In this document: one piece after another, positions 37,716-49,577 of the stretch
Layout of the letters: each line of letters begins with the position of its first letter
Numbering within the stretch: the stretch's first letter is position 1
Assembly: GCA_010093815.1 (NCBI GenBank)
Contig: ML996577.1
Reading direction: 5' to 3' (one strand)
From: Pseudovirgaria hyperparasitica
Taxonomy: Eukaryota
DNA: 64,000 bases
Translations under genes and position numbers: made by a program
The notes under the pieces: generated by a model
Told to the model about the DNA's origin: nothing
Databases searched by the model: none
Seen by the model: the letters and a program-made list of their open reading frames with translations, nothing else

Positions 37716-40700
37716 ATGCTCGTTCGAGCGGCGCGAAAACAGCGGCGTCCAGCTCGAAAGCCGTGTCCGCTCAATACATCTAATGTTCTACCCCTATCGT
37801 TTTTGTATCCAGCCTTCTTGAGATGTAGTCATCAGTCAGCGACCGCCGCGACGTCATCTCCGACAGACACGAGGCGCACCAAATCAGGATTTTCTCTTCC
37901 GAACAAGTCTCATGTTCGCCCACTTGTAACAGCTTCTTCGTTCGCCAATCCACCGCCTTCTATATTTTCACAGCCTGCCGATATACTCTCGTGGAATAAC
38001 AGCCAATTTGCTGCGTCGACGAATCGATGGGATCCTCAGTCACCTCTGGTGGTGTCATTACCTCCGCCATCAAGGAATCTCAATTACCGACAAGGCATTG
38101 GTGGAACCTCTCCCGAACTTCTTCAAAACCTATACGCAAGCATAAGAGTCGGAAGATTGGACCGAGCGGCAATTGTAGTGGGACGTATACGCGACTCCGC
38201 ACCACAGGGCTCTTCAGAAGTGATACAGGCACACAATATCTATCTAGACGGCCTGTTCAAAGCTTTGTCGATTGATGATCCGCCTATCAATTATACTGAT
38301 ATAAGGAATTGGTATAAACGTCAAATTATCGATAAGCATGATCGGCCTAACGCCAAGACTCTCAATGTCATGATTCGAGCTACAATAGCAGCGGCCCCAG
38401 AATCTCACAGGAAAACGTTCGTGGACGAATATGTCAGCTACGCGCGGAATCACAACATGTACGCTGAAGTGATGGGGGCTGAGTACTCGATCGAAGAATG
38501 GCTGTGCCTGGAGACATGGTACCCTAATGAGTATGCGATTACTGCCGAAGAAGAAGCAGAGGCTATGCACGAGGTCGAAAAGCAAGACGTAGCGGAGGCC
38601 CGAGAAACACGGCAGAAAGGTCTCGGGTTGAGTACTCTCAAGAAAACGCTTTCCACACTGGACGGTAGCTATGGTGGCCCAACAGCGAACCTTACCCAAG
38701 AGCAGCTCTACGAACGGCAGGTTGAACTGGAAGAAACCACTGTGGAAATTGCCATGGACAGGTGGCGCAAGGAACAAGAAAAGCTTTCCAAATTAGGTGT
38801 CAAACAAGTGGGAGCAAACCGAAGCATTGATGCTTGGATGGCGCGATGGTTCACTAGTCTTACTGAAGTACTTACCACGGAGCTAAAAATGGTACGGACT
38901 GCTCTGGCGAATAAAGATGGCAACGACGCGGACCGACAGATTTACGGACCATATATGGAACTGTTCGCACCAGACAAACTCGCAGCAATCACGATTCTCT
39001 CGATCTTGGAGGCTTTCAGCACACCTAAACAACGCGATGGCCCATCAAAACGAATGCAACTTGTCTGGTTAACGATGAGAGTGACAAAGAACTTGCAACA
39101 GGAACATGCTGTCGCCGCAGCTAAGGAGAGATCACCCGTTGCCACTTCCAGATCACAAACAAACATCTCCGCACATCAACGGGCTAAATATGTTGCTCTA
39201 AATCTGCGGCACCAGAAGAACACTATACCCAATGCAACCCAGGAGGACAACCAAGACGACGTAGAATTCTCACTTGTTGTACGTGCGAAGCTTGGCGCAG
39301 TTCTCTTGGAAAAGCTTATATCCTCTGCGACGATCGACAATCAAGTGATAGATCCCGAGACTGGACAGAAGATATCTCGTACACAGCCAGCGTTCACGCA
39401 CACGAGCACATATTCCCTTGGTAAGAAAACAGGGAAGATCGAAGCACATCATATCCTTCTGCAGAAGCTACGGTCAGAGCCAGTGCACGCCAGCTTCATC
39501 GGCTACCTACCCATGCTTACTGAGCCGAAGAAATGGTCTGGCCTTAAGAAGGGTGCATACCTGAAATATCCTGTCGAAATGATTCGCTTCAAAGCACGTG
39601 ACGAGACTCAGATGACGTATGCTAATACCGCCGCCAAAAAAGGTGATCTTGCGATGGTATTCGCGGGATTGGATGTTCTCGGAAAGACACCATGGCGGAT
39701 TAATAAGTCTGTGTTGACTGTAATGATTGACGCATGGAACTCTGGAGAAGCACTCGGAAGTCTGGCGCCGGAATCATCAGATATCGCGTATCCGCCTGAG
39801 CCAGGTCCCGGCGCAGATCTCCTCGCACGGCGAAAGTGGATGAGAGAAGTCCGACGTCTCGATGATCTCAAAGGAGGCTATCACTCGAATCGGTGCTTTC
39901 AAAATTTTCAGATCGAAATTGCGCGATCATTCCGCGAGCACACATTCTACTACCCGCATAACGTTGACTTTCGTGGCAGAGCATATCCGATTCCGCCTTT
40001 ACTAAATCACATGGGTGCTGATCCTGCACGGGGGCTTCTAGTTTTCGGAAAGGGAAAAGAGCTTGGGGAAGTTGGCTTACGGTGGTTGAAAATTCATATG
40101 GCTAACCTGGCTGGATTCGACAAGGCAAGTCTCTCTGACAGAGAGCGTTTCGCCATGGATCATCTGGACGATATTTATGACTCGGCTGTATCTCCTCTGA
40201 CCGGCAAACGATGGTGGTTGAAAGCAGAAGACCCCTGGCAATGTCTCGCTTGCTGCTTTGAAATAAAAAACGCCATGGACCTTTCAGATCCAACCAAGTA
40301 TGTGTCATATCTTCCTGTGCACCAAGATGGTACCTGTAATGGTCTGCAGCATTATGCTGCTCTTGGTGGGGATGCGGCGGGTGCTGCGCAGGTCAATCTG
40401 CTGCCAGGCGATCGCCCGGCCGATGTGTACACAGGTGTAGCAGATTTGGTTAAGAAGGAAATTCGACGACGAGCTGATGAGGGCCACAAGTTTGCGAAAC
40501 TTGCAGATGGCATGATCACCCGTAAAGTCGTCAAGCAAACAGTCATGACAAATGTTTATGGGGTTACGTTTTTCGGCGCCAAATTGCAGGTTCAAAAACA
40601 GCTTGAGGAATTGAATCCTAATGCAAGTGAAGAGGAACGGTCAAATATTCGGGGAATGGCCCTCGAGATTGCCAACGCCATCTTCGGGGCGCTTGGAACT

Positions 40701-41906
40701 TTGTTCACTGGCGCTCAAAATATTCAACATTGGCTCGCAGAATGTGCCTCCCGTATTACATCATCCTTGACACCGGAGCAGATGCACCAATTGGAAGCCG
40801 ATATCAGTGGTGGCAAAGGTAAATCGAGATCGGCACAAGGATCTAACCTTCCTGCCAAAGTATGGAAAGACCAACTGCAGCAGTCGACCCTAGTCTGGAC
40901 GACGCCTCTAAAGTTGCCTGTTGTCCAGCCCTATCGCGACTGCAAGACGAAAATCGTCTCGACGGCTCTGCAACAGCTTCGATTGCGCGACTCCGCGGCC
41001 TCAGATCCAGTCAACAGGCGCAAACAAGTCCAAGGTTTCCCACCAAATTTTGTTCATTCCTTGGACGCAACTCACATGCTTCTGTCAGCACTACGTTCTG
41101 ATGAACTTGGACTGACATTCGCCGCCGTGCACGACTCTTTCTGGACACATGCAGCTGATATACCCACGATGAACACTGTGCTTCGTGACACATTCGTCAG
41201 AATGCATTCGGAGGACATCATAACACGTCTCGCAGAAGAGTTCCAGGCTCGATATGGGTCGCACATGCGCCTGGTTTCAATTCGAGCAGACTCCGATATC
41301 GCACGCAAGATCAAGGACTTCAGGTCAGAAGAAGCCCTGAAGTCGACTAAAAAAGGCAAAGGAGCAACCAAGCATGGCGCTAAAAAGGGGCCCAAGACTG
41401 GACTCCTTCATGCCACCACACAAGAGCTCCTTGCAGAACGGAAACGTTCAGCCCTATTGACATCTAAAGACCCAAACAAGCAGGCTGAGGGGCGGAAAAT
41501 GATGACCCCGACAAGCATCTATGAAGAGTGCATTGCGGCAGGCATGGCTGTTCCCACGGCTCCTGCTGAAGCCATTGCATTAGGTGGCAACAAACGGCTT
41601 GATATGGATAATGAAGTCGGTCTGCTCTCTGACGAAGACGCAGCAACCCTCACCGTTAATAGAGATGGTGACGCTGCGCCTTGTAGTGAAGATCTCCACG
41701 ATGATCCAGAAAGCGAAATTGCCGTCTCCGAAGAAGCAGACATCGACGATGAGACCCAACTTCCTCGCGACGCTGAAGAAGCAGCCAAAAGTCCAACTCG
41801 ATTGTCCTTTGTCACCTTGTGGGCACCCATGAGCTTCCCTCCCGTACCGCAGAAAGGCGACTTCGACGTGGCGCGACTGAAGCAGAGCGAGTATTTCTTC
41901 TCGTAG
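37716..41906 (+). CDS. RPO41: Mitochondrial DNA-directed RNA polymerase (T7-like), 1396 aa, single exon
   Basis: HNVDFRGRAY, PVHQDGTCNGLQHYAAL (motif A), RKVVKQTVMTNVYG (motif B), PPNFVHSLDATH, AAVHDSFWTH (motif C), C-terminal YFFS, Arg-rich presequence. Confidence 0.98.
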   Translation: MLVRAARKQRRPARKPCPLNTSNVLPLSFLYPAFLRCSHQSATAATSSPTDTRRTKSGFSLPNKSHVRPLVTASSFANPPPSIFSQPADILSWNNSQFAASTNRWDPQSPLVVSLPPPSRNLNYRQGIGGTSPELLQNLYASIRVGRLDRAAIVVGRIRDSAPQGSSEVIQAHNIYLDGLFKALSIDDPPINYTDIRNWYKRQIIDKHDRPNAKTLNVMIRATIAAAPESHRKTFVDEYVSYARNHNMYAEVMGAEYSIEEWLCLETWYPNEYAITAEEEAEAMHEVEKQDVAEARETRQKGLGLSTLKKTLSTLDGSYGGPTANLTQEQLYERQVELEETTVEIAMDRWRKEQEKLSKLGVKQVGANRSIDAWMARWFTSLTEVLTTELKMVRTALANKDGNDADRQIYGPYMELFAPDKLAAITILSILEAFSTPKQRDGPSKRMQLVWLTMRVTKNLQQEHAVAAAKERSPVATSRSQTNISAHQRAKYVALNLRHQKNTIPNATQEDNQDDVEFSLVVRAKLGAVLLEKLISSATIDNQVIDPETGQKISRTQPAFTHTSTYSLGKKTGKIEAHHILLQKLRSEPVHASFIGYLPMLTEPKKWSGLKKGAYLKYPVEMIRFKARDETQMTYANTAAKKGDLAMVFAGLDVLGKTPWRINKSVLTVMIDAWNSGEALGSLAPESSDIAYPPEPGPGADLLARRKWMREVRRLDDLKGGYHSNRCFQNFQIEIARSFREHTFYYPHNVDFRGRAYPIPPLLNHMGADPARGLLVFGKGKELGEVGLRWLKIHMANLAGFDKASLSDRERFAMDHLDDIYDSAVSPLTGKRWWLKAEDPWQCLACCFEIKNAMDLSDPTKYVSYLPVHQDGTCNGLQHYAALGGDAAGAAQVNLLPGDRPADVYTGVADLVKKEIRRRADEGHKFAKLADGMITRKVVKQTVMTNVYGVTFFGAKLQVQKQLEELNPNASEEERSNIRGMALEIANAIFGALGTLFTGAQNIQHWLAECASRITSSLTPEQMHQLEADISGGKGKSRSAQGSNLPAKVWKDQLQQSTLVWTTPLKLPVVQPYRDCKTKIVSTALQQLRLRDSAASDPVNRRKQVQGFPPNFVHSLDATHMLLSALRSDELGLTFAAVHDSFWTHAADIPTMNTVLRDTFVRMHSEDIITRLAEEFQARYGSHMRLVSIRADSDIARKIKDFRSEEALKSTKKGKGATKHGAKKGPKTGLLHATTQELLAERKRSALLTSKDPNKQAEGRKMMTPTSIYEECIAAGMAVPTAPAEAIALGGNKRLDMDNEVGLLSDEDAATLTVNRDGDAAPCSEDLHDDPESEIAVSEEADIDDETQLPRDAEEAAKSPTRLSFVTLWAPMSFPPVPQKGDFDVARLKQSEYFFS

Positions 41907-42159
41907 ATAATAATTTTCATGGACTGTATTTATGTAATGGCGTGGCATTAGAGTGTATCATATAGATAGATGCACATCTCAGGCATTGCGGACGGCGTTC
42001 GGAAAAGCTGTACAACGTGGTGGAAACATTTTATTGTACCATAGTCCTGGGAAACGGGATGTTGTATATGGAACGGAGTAAATACCTCTAGCATAACTTT
42101 CCAAGCTCACAAGCATGTCATCAGGGTCTTCTCCTGTCGACTTCTATTGAAAAAGGTCA

Positions 42160-42950
42160 TGTTACACAGTGTCTATACTCGTATGTGCCCCCAACCACTC
42201 AAGCCCAGGCTCCTCCCAGCTCGCCACCCATTTCCTTCGCTTGCACCAACCTCTCATACGTATCCCCATACAACGCCTCTTTCCAGTTTGGCTCCTGTCA
42301 ACCGTAAATATTCATTAAAATAGCCTTCCCCATCTGGTGTCAGATCATACCACTGCTGCATATCAACAGTACTGAAAGTACTCTACAATACTTTTGCTTC
42401 GGTACGCATGACACTAGCCCATGAATATATGTGGAGCAAGTGTGCAAGAGAGGTGCGCCAGGCGAGTTTTTGTTACCGCCTTCGTGGCGTTGACAGGTTT
42501 AAAACGGGAGGAATATGGAACGCAAAGAGCATATCGCCGGTATCGTCGATGAGGGAACGGAGAGTTGCACTGGCGTCGATGCTATCATTCACGGCCCAGT
42601 TGGACTTCCAGAGAAGACGCGATGCCGTGATGCCGTATGCATTCATGATATGCTCCTGGAGAAAGGCAGCCTGTTACGCGTATTAGAAATCCCAGTATGT
42701 GCTCCATGCAGGAATGACCTCGACTCCGGGAGCTGCCATCGCAGCAAGCATGGGCACCAAGCAGCACTGGGGGTTCGGACAGGGTCTCTTTAGGGAAGAA
42801 GAACGGCTGCATGATGCATATCGTGCATATTCCGGTAATATGGGTGAAATATTGCGGGTATGTGAAAAGATTGGAGTAAATCCCAGCGGCGCGGAATTCG
42901 GGGAAAGCGAAAGAATAACCTTACTGTATTCTTCGAACCCGAGAAACATT
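42160..42950 (-). pseudogene. Relic of a BBE-like FAD-linked oxidoreductase (C-terminal half)
   Basis: Fragments in shifting frames: ASRLLW, LAWRTSLAHL, WYDLTPDGEGYFNE, QEPNWKEALYGDTYERLVQAKE. These match the berberine-bridge-enzyme C-terminal signature. Stops and frameshifts present. Confidence 0.7.
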
Positions 42951-43569
42951 CACAAAGACTAAACCCAGACATGATGTTACGTTATATCCTTTTCCACAAA
43001 CTCGTTTGCTACTTGATGAATGATGGAAACCTTTGCGCTCGCACGGCCACAGGACGTAGCCGGCATTCATATCGTCATCGCCGATGCAATCTGACTAAGA
43101 CCAAAGATCGCAGCTCACATTGATAGCTGCATGCTCTCCGCTTAGATTTCAGCTTGCTTAGGATATAGTATCTTTTGAGATCATCTATGGCGCCATGGCC
43201 AGTATGAGCTGGCTAAAAAGAAGCTCAGGGGCTCGTCAACATAGACACCTGGACCATCACAACTACCAATTACGGATGGTGGGCAAGTGCACTCCCAAGG
43301 CAGCTAGAACTGTAGTGAGTTAAAGTCTAATGATCTTCCGAGCACTGGAACCTTTACTATTCGCCTGCAAATCTTTTAGTGCACTATTGTTATACCAAAT
43401 GGTCATGGCTGATCTAGTGTTTCAGACCCGATGGATACAGCGTTATCTAAGTCCTATGCTTTCGTCTGACGCACAAATCCCTATCATACTTACGAACAAG
43501 ATGATAGAATCCAACTCGCATGGCAATTAGCCATAAAAGAATAGGCGGTCTGCCGGAGGCCGTGGTCGT

Positions 43570-44060
43570 CGTATACGTCACCAGTCGCGACAAATGTTAC
43601 CACATTGAACAGCGAAGAAATAGTAGTTCCGTACTGCATAGTCGACCATGCTCACCTGTCAAACCTTGCGCCCAGATATATTAGCAAATGCGCTTGAAGT
43701 AATTGCTCGCCCTTCATTATGTCTTTGTCACATTCTTCAACGACAACTCAGAAGCAATGCTGACCATATCAAAGAGCTAGTTTTGGAATTCAACTGGTCC
43801 TACGAGGTTATTAGACTCTTTTGAGGCCTTGCATGTGAGGTTCAAACGCCATAGGTCTCAGGGAATGTACGCAATGATCTAGGTGAATGGTACATCCTTC
43901 AGTTACAGAGTGTTTTCTATGCATAGCAGAGTCTATGTGAACATCCCAAAGACTATAGTAGCGCTTGACGTAATACGCCTCTAAGAAAAGTGTACGCAGA
44001 GTCTTTAACAATGTCATCAGCAGTTGGAACCGGTAGAAAACACTGCACAGTACCTCCGCT
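43570..44060 (-). pseudogene. Relic of a DUF3328/UstYa-like oxidase
   Basis: HLDHCVHSLR (~43885-43856), an upstream HC[L]KTLR recoverable with a 1-nt frameshift (~44013), and a downstream ICRDW (43581-43595). The order matches the twin HxxHC plus CRDW motifs of the family. Confidence 0.6.
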
Positions 44061-44777
44061 CAATGTTGACCTTGAGCAAAGCGTGCTTTGAGAGCAAGGA
44101 CAAGACATTGACATTTGATGAATACATTAGCTCTGGGTTTAATAATCACTAGCAGTGAGCATATCGTCTACACCATCATCGCGTCAGGAAAACAGCACCT
44201 CTGTGATCACCCTTTCGTGTGAAACACTGGAGCAATTAAGATTTGTAGAATGTAGATAATTTCTGAGCTTGCACATCTTTGATCTGGAAGAACATTAGTC
44301 CCCAGCACTAGGAGAAATCTTGACTGCAGCAAATCAGTATAATAATTGTGTGCATGAGCTTGGATAGTAACTTTGTTCCGGCAGGAGACCAGCCTACCCT
44401 GCTCGGATCATCAGCTCTCGGTCTTTCTCCAACTATCACTCGATGTAAGAGCACAGTAGAGGTCACAATGCTACCTATGATCATCTAAGCTATGTTTCGT
44501 GGTTGCCAAATCGCGTATGGTCGTAGGCTTCGCTATTGTGACCTCGGTGTAACGTCCGGCTAGGATAGATTCCGACTCGCCCACCAAGCTCCTCCCACAT
44601 ACCAGAATTTAGCTCAGGCCATCCCTAGGACCGCAACATAGTAATGATAGGTCGAGGAGAGAATGACGATGGACGTAGATTTGATATGTAATTAGGCTTT
44701 GTCCCCGAGAACTGAATTTAAAGGACCTCAAGACAACCGCGAAAATGATCGTAGCTCAGGCCAGCACAATAGATACC

Positions 44778-46133
44778 ATGGATTTTCAGCAACCGCAACG
44801 TCTCGCAAACGACCTAACTGCGAGTATCAAGTTGATGTCAAGCTCAAGGCATAGCGACGCAGAAGTTCTGCGCAAGAGCATTTTGGCAACTGCAAAATCG
44901 CTAGTTCAGTCACTGGAGAAGCCGGAAGAAGTTGCGATGTGGTGGGTGAAGACGGTAAATATTTCTTCGGGTGTGATTCCTGGTTTCCTTGACAAATCAT
45001 TGTAGGCACATTGCGAAAGAGCAGCCTTGAGGATTGCCGTAGATCTGCGTATCTTTCATATTCTGTGCGACGCAAATGGGCCGGTAACCTCTCGGCAGCT
45101 TGCTGAGAAGACAAATGCGGAAGAGTTACTGATAGGTAAGCATATTAGACGAAGAAAGTACAGTGAGAGTGACTGTGATACTATAGTTCGGTTAATGCGA
45201 CTTCTCTGCAGCTTTGACTTTGCGAAAGAAGCATGCGAGAAGGTATACCTCGCAACAAAATACAGCAAGGCGATGACTGAGCCAGGTATCGAAGGGGGCA
45301 TGAAAGCGATTAGCGACTCCGAGTCAGTGAGCCATCTATCAAGCTACTTGAAGGAGAAGGGCTACAAATGTCCGACAAATATCAAGGACACAACCTTTCA
45401 ATGGGCATACAAGACGAAGTCTACTTGGTTTGAAAGTCTTCACGAATGCCCAGAAAGCATGTCAGCCTTCAACGACTTCATGGGAGTGATACGATCTACA
45501 AGGAAGTTTTGGGCCGATTGGTACGATGTGCAAAGCAGACTCATAGACGGATTTAAGGATGGTGCTTTCCTGGTTGACATTGGCGGTGGTAAAGGCCATG
45601 ATACCATGAAGTTGTTAGAAAGGTTCCCACATATCGAAGGGTCATTGGTCTTACAGGACTTGCCTGGCACAATCGAACATCTTCCAGCTGACTTTCCAGA
45701 GAGAATCACGCCGATGAGCCATGACTTCTTTGCTGAGCAGCCTATAAAAGGTAGGTTTACTCATCTGTAAATTAGGTTGCTGAATACTGACACAGAACAA
45801 GGAGCAAGGGTGTACTTCGTGCACCTCATATTTCACGACTGGCCAGATCATGACTGCCGGAAGATCTTAAAGAGAATAAAGGAAGCCATGAAACCAGGCT
45901 ATTCGAAACTGGTAATCAATGAAGCTATACTTCCTGCCGTCGGATGCGCGTCTTGGTTTGCCGCAGCCGACTTCACAATGATGACCAACTTTGGAGCAAA
46001 GGAGCGAACCGCATCTGACTGGAGAACCCTTGTCGAATCAGTGGGACTGACTGTGTTGGATGTTCAGGAATGTCCATTCGATGACGACCTTGAAGGTATC
46101 ATTGAGGTGGTGCTGGAAAATGAGACTTCTTAG
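44778..46133 (+). CDS. SAM-dependent O-methyltransferase (family 2, fungal secondary-metabolite type); introns 44955-45005, 45136-45186, 45751-~45801
   Basis: LRIAVDLRIF dimerisation region, LVDIGGGKGHD, LVLQDLP, HDFFAEQPIKGA, IFHDWPD, AKERT. Confidence 0.92.
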
Positions 46134-46484
46134 GCACGTTTTGACGGTCCAAATAGCACAACGTAATCAGCCTATCAACCCAGCCTGATCCCAACACAAG
46201 AATAGCTCGCAGTATCTACCAGTGAAATGATAGTTTTATATTCGTGATTATCTCTGTTCTAGGTCTAGCTTGCGCCAATGACGTCAATCAAAATATCACC
46301 TTGCCCTTCGCGCGATGAAGCCCGATTAGGCATGGTCTATTCGAATGTCAACACGCGAGAATCGAGAATATCTGAGAAGTTTGTTGGAACATCTGGACAG
46401 CTTAAGATACTAGCATGATATAAAGGGTACGTACGTCGCAACGACAGAAAATGTCACACTTTCTAACTGCTGCTCCTCGCCAAC

Positions 46485-48264
46485 ATGTTACTCGATATAC
46501 AGGCACTACAGTCTATGTCCGTTTTGACAGTCCTTACAGGGATTCTTATTCTAGTATGCTCCTTCCGACCTGTAACAACACTTCCATTTTCACACAAATA
46601 AGCTTACATTATACTTAGTACTTTCTTCTCTCGTCCGCACAGCGAATCTACAATATATACTTCCATCCACTTTCTAAGTTTCCTGGACCATGGTATCGAT
46701 CTGCATTCCATTTCCCATACCACTACGAGCAAATCAAAGGTCATGCACCGCACAACTACATAAAACTTCATGAGAAACATGGACCGGTTGTTCGTATCGG
46801 ACCTGATCAACTATCCTTCACTTGTTCGCAAGCATACAAAGGTATGCATAGACAGTCTTTCACCGACCTGTACTAAGTGGAATGTCAGATATATACGGTT
46901 TCCACTCACATCGTCGCCAAGTTCCCAAAGACTTCAAGCGCTTCCCAAACGTCCCTATTGACTGGCCTCTGTTTGGCTCAGACGATGGTGAACACAGCCG
47001 TCTTCGCCGCCTCGTCGCGCACGCCTTTTCGGAGACCGCACTTCGGGAGCAGGAGCCTCTCATTCAGTCTCATATTCATGGTCTTGTTCAGAAGATCCGT
47101 TCCGTTATCGACGTAGACCCAGAGACTCATTTCGATATGAGTAAATACTTTGATCTTCTGTCATTTGACATTATTACAGATCTCACGTATGGTGAAAGCT
47201 TTGACGGCGTGCGAACCGGAGAGACCAATCAATTACTGAAGGATCTGTATCAAGGTAGCAAACTCAATCCAATCTTACTAACAAGCTGGGACTATGCACC
47301 ACTGATGTGGCTCCTGAAATTTTTGTTCAGTCTTCCCAAAGCAAAAGAGCTGCAGGAGGGGGAAGAAAAAGGTCAAAAAGATAGAATGAATAGGAGGAGA
47401 GCGAAGGGTACTGATGCGAAGAAAGACTTCATGTCTTATGTAAGATGATGGTAGATTTCACTGGACGCAGCACAACTAACAAATCATGATAGATCCTTGT
47501 CGATGAAGGCAAAGACAACGATAGCCTAACTGAGAACGAGATTCTTGGTTTGGCACGGCTATTCGTGGGTGCTGGAGGAGAAGAGCCCGCGAGTATGATG
47601 TCGACTATACTCTATTACCTTCTCACAAATCCCAGTGCCCATGACAGAGCTCGGAAGGAGATTCGAGATGCATTTGTGTCGATTGAAGAGATTAACAATG
47701 TCAAACTCGCGCAATTACCCTATCTTGGCGCAGTCATCTCTGAGACATTTAGAATCCACCACTCAGGGGCCCAGCGTTTTTCGCGACGGACTACTCGCAC
47801 AGAAATGATTGGTGGCTATGAAGTGCCTCCAAATGTAAGACATGGTCCTTTGGCTATCATTGACGCGTTCTAACAATTATGATGATAGACTTCAGTCGAT
47901 GTAAATCACCATGTGATCGGCCGCGTGTCTGCTAACTACGCTGAACCTACTTTCTTCGCCCCTGAGCGCTGGCTCTCGGAGACACTAGATCAATTTAAAT
48001 TCGATGATAAGGCAGCTTTGCAACCATTCGCCACTGGCCCAAGAGCATGCTTGGGAAAAAAGTATGTCCCAACCCTCAGATAAGACCATCAAAGCTGATA
48101 TGAGTATTAGTGTTGCATACCTCGAGATACGTACAACACTAGCGTATCTTTTATGGACGTTCGATATGGAACTCATTGGCGACAGCAAAGATTGGATCCA
48201 AGGACAGAAGATGAAATTGATCTGGCATCGGCCGCCAATGAACGTCGGTTTCAAGGTTCGATGA
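46485..48264 (+). CDS. Cytochrome P450, 6 exons (46485-46553, 46619-46841, 46889-47439, 47493-47834, 47889-48061, 48111-48264)
   Basis: N-terminal anchor, FHPLSKFPGP, HEKHGPVVRIGPDQLSF, ETFR (ExxR), PERW, heme motif FATGPRACLG. The spliced frame is open throughout. Confidence 0.92.
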
Positions 48265-48374
48265 GTGTATTCGAGGATAGAAGGATCCCATACATACCAA
48301 CAAGGAAGAATATTAGAGTCATAATCATTACAGAAATGCTTTGGTCTATATTATAATACAACAACTTACAAGGC

Positions 48375-49577
48375 CTACACGATCTCACTGCCAACCAGCT
48401 TCTTCCCCCTGAGGTCCTGCACATAATCCTTTTGATGATCCGAGAAATACTTGTGCATGGCTGGCGCCCAAGCCTCCATAATATTATCCGCCCAGACTTC
48501 TTTTGTCAACTCTTTATGCAGCCAATGATGTCGTAAAAAGGTTCCCGTACACCCAGTTTCCGTAGCTTCCGGGTATCCATTCGCCTCAATACAAGGCAAC
48601 ACTTGAACATCCTCCTCGTACTCGTATCGGAGGTAGTTAGACCAAGCATCTTGTTCTCTGTTATGTTTCCATTTCCACTTTTCGCAGCCCTCATAACGAG
48701 TTTCTTCTGGACACTCAGCCCAATTCTTGAAAATTTCGTATGTCTTAGCAATGTTTTGCACGATCATGAAACCATTGTTGTGTCCAGGGTTGCCTTTGTC
48801 GTCTTTATCACGATCGAGGTTCGGCTCTGAGGACATAGAGATCGGGGTCTGTTTTCTGATGTTCCAGTAGTTCATTAGCCATTCCATGGGCAGCTCAGGG
48901 TATCGCAAAATAGCGTCACTGTCGAGGAATACTACGATGTCGTGCTCTTTGAGCGCGTGTTGGGTCATGAGGACCTTGCCCCACGCGGGGTGTCGGTCTT
49001 CGTACACAGGCGAGCGGATGTTTAGGTAGTCATAGCCATGTATTATCGCTGTGACATGGTTAGTGAAGATGTCTGTATAGGGTAATGCGAGGCGCACAAT
49101 ACATATAATGGCTCACCATTCCGGCGGACAAGTGGTGCACCTTCTTCCAGTCCCACTCAACGGAGCTAAACAGTTCACCTTCTTCATCGAGTGGTCTTGT
49201 GTCGATATCGAGAATGACCAGACGCTTCCCTAGGGGAGTCTTGAATCGAGGGCGCCCGGGTATTCTATGCACCTTACCATCTTCATCGGTGAATAATGAA
49301 GCCGTCATATCAATCTTCCGCGTCCCGTATAGTTGGCGAATCATTTCGTCGAATGGAATGACCGGAAAAGAGGATTCATTCTGATGAGACTCTCCATCAA
49401 GATCATGGTGTGCATTAATGTTCCTGGACGAGGTTAGTGAGTTGGAACATGATGATAAAATGACCTGTACATTTGCAAAGAGTGCCGGTATGGTATCATC
49501 AATGAAGCTGATACAAAGAAAGCTACGATAATGCAGAATAGGATGGCGATAGACCTGTGACTCTTTCTCCCCACCAT
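48375..49577 (-). CDS. Type II membrane glycosyltransferase (GT34/GMA12-MNN10-like nucleotide-diphospho-sugar transferase), 3 exons
   Basis: N-terminal TM (SIAILFCIIVAFFVSASLMI), ILDIDTR, HYMYSIIHGYDY across an intron, WGKV, FLDSDA (DxD), NNGFMI, REQ, LPCIEANG, LRHHW. Confidence 0.8.

Noticed and set aside
37716..41906. T7-phage-like RNA polymerase as a sign of viral insertion or HGT
   Set aside because: It is the standard nuclear-encoded mitochondrial RPO41 with a targeting presequence.
43000..44700. RiPP precursor (Kex2-repeat peptide) near the DUF3328 relic
   Set aside because: No signal peptide with repeated KR-delimited cores was found on either strand.
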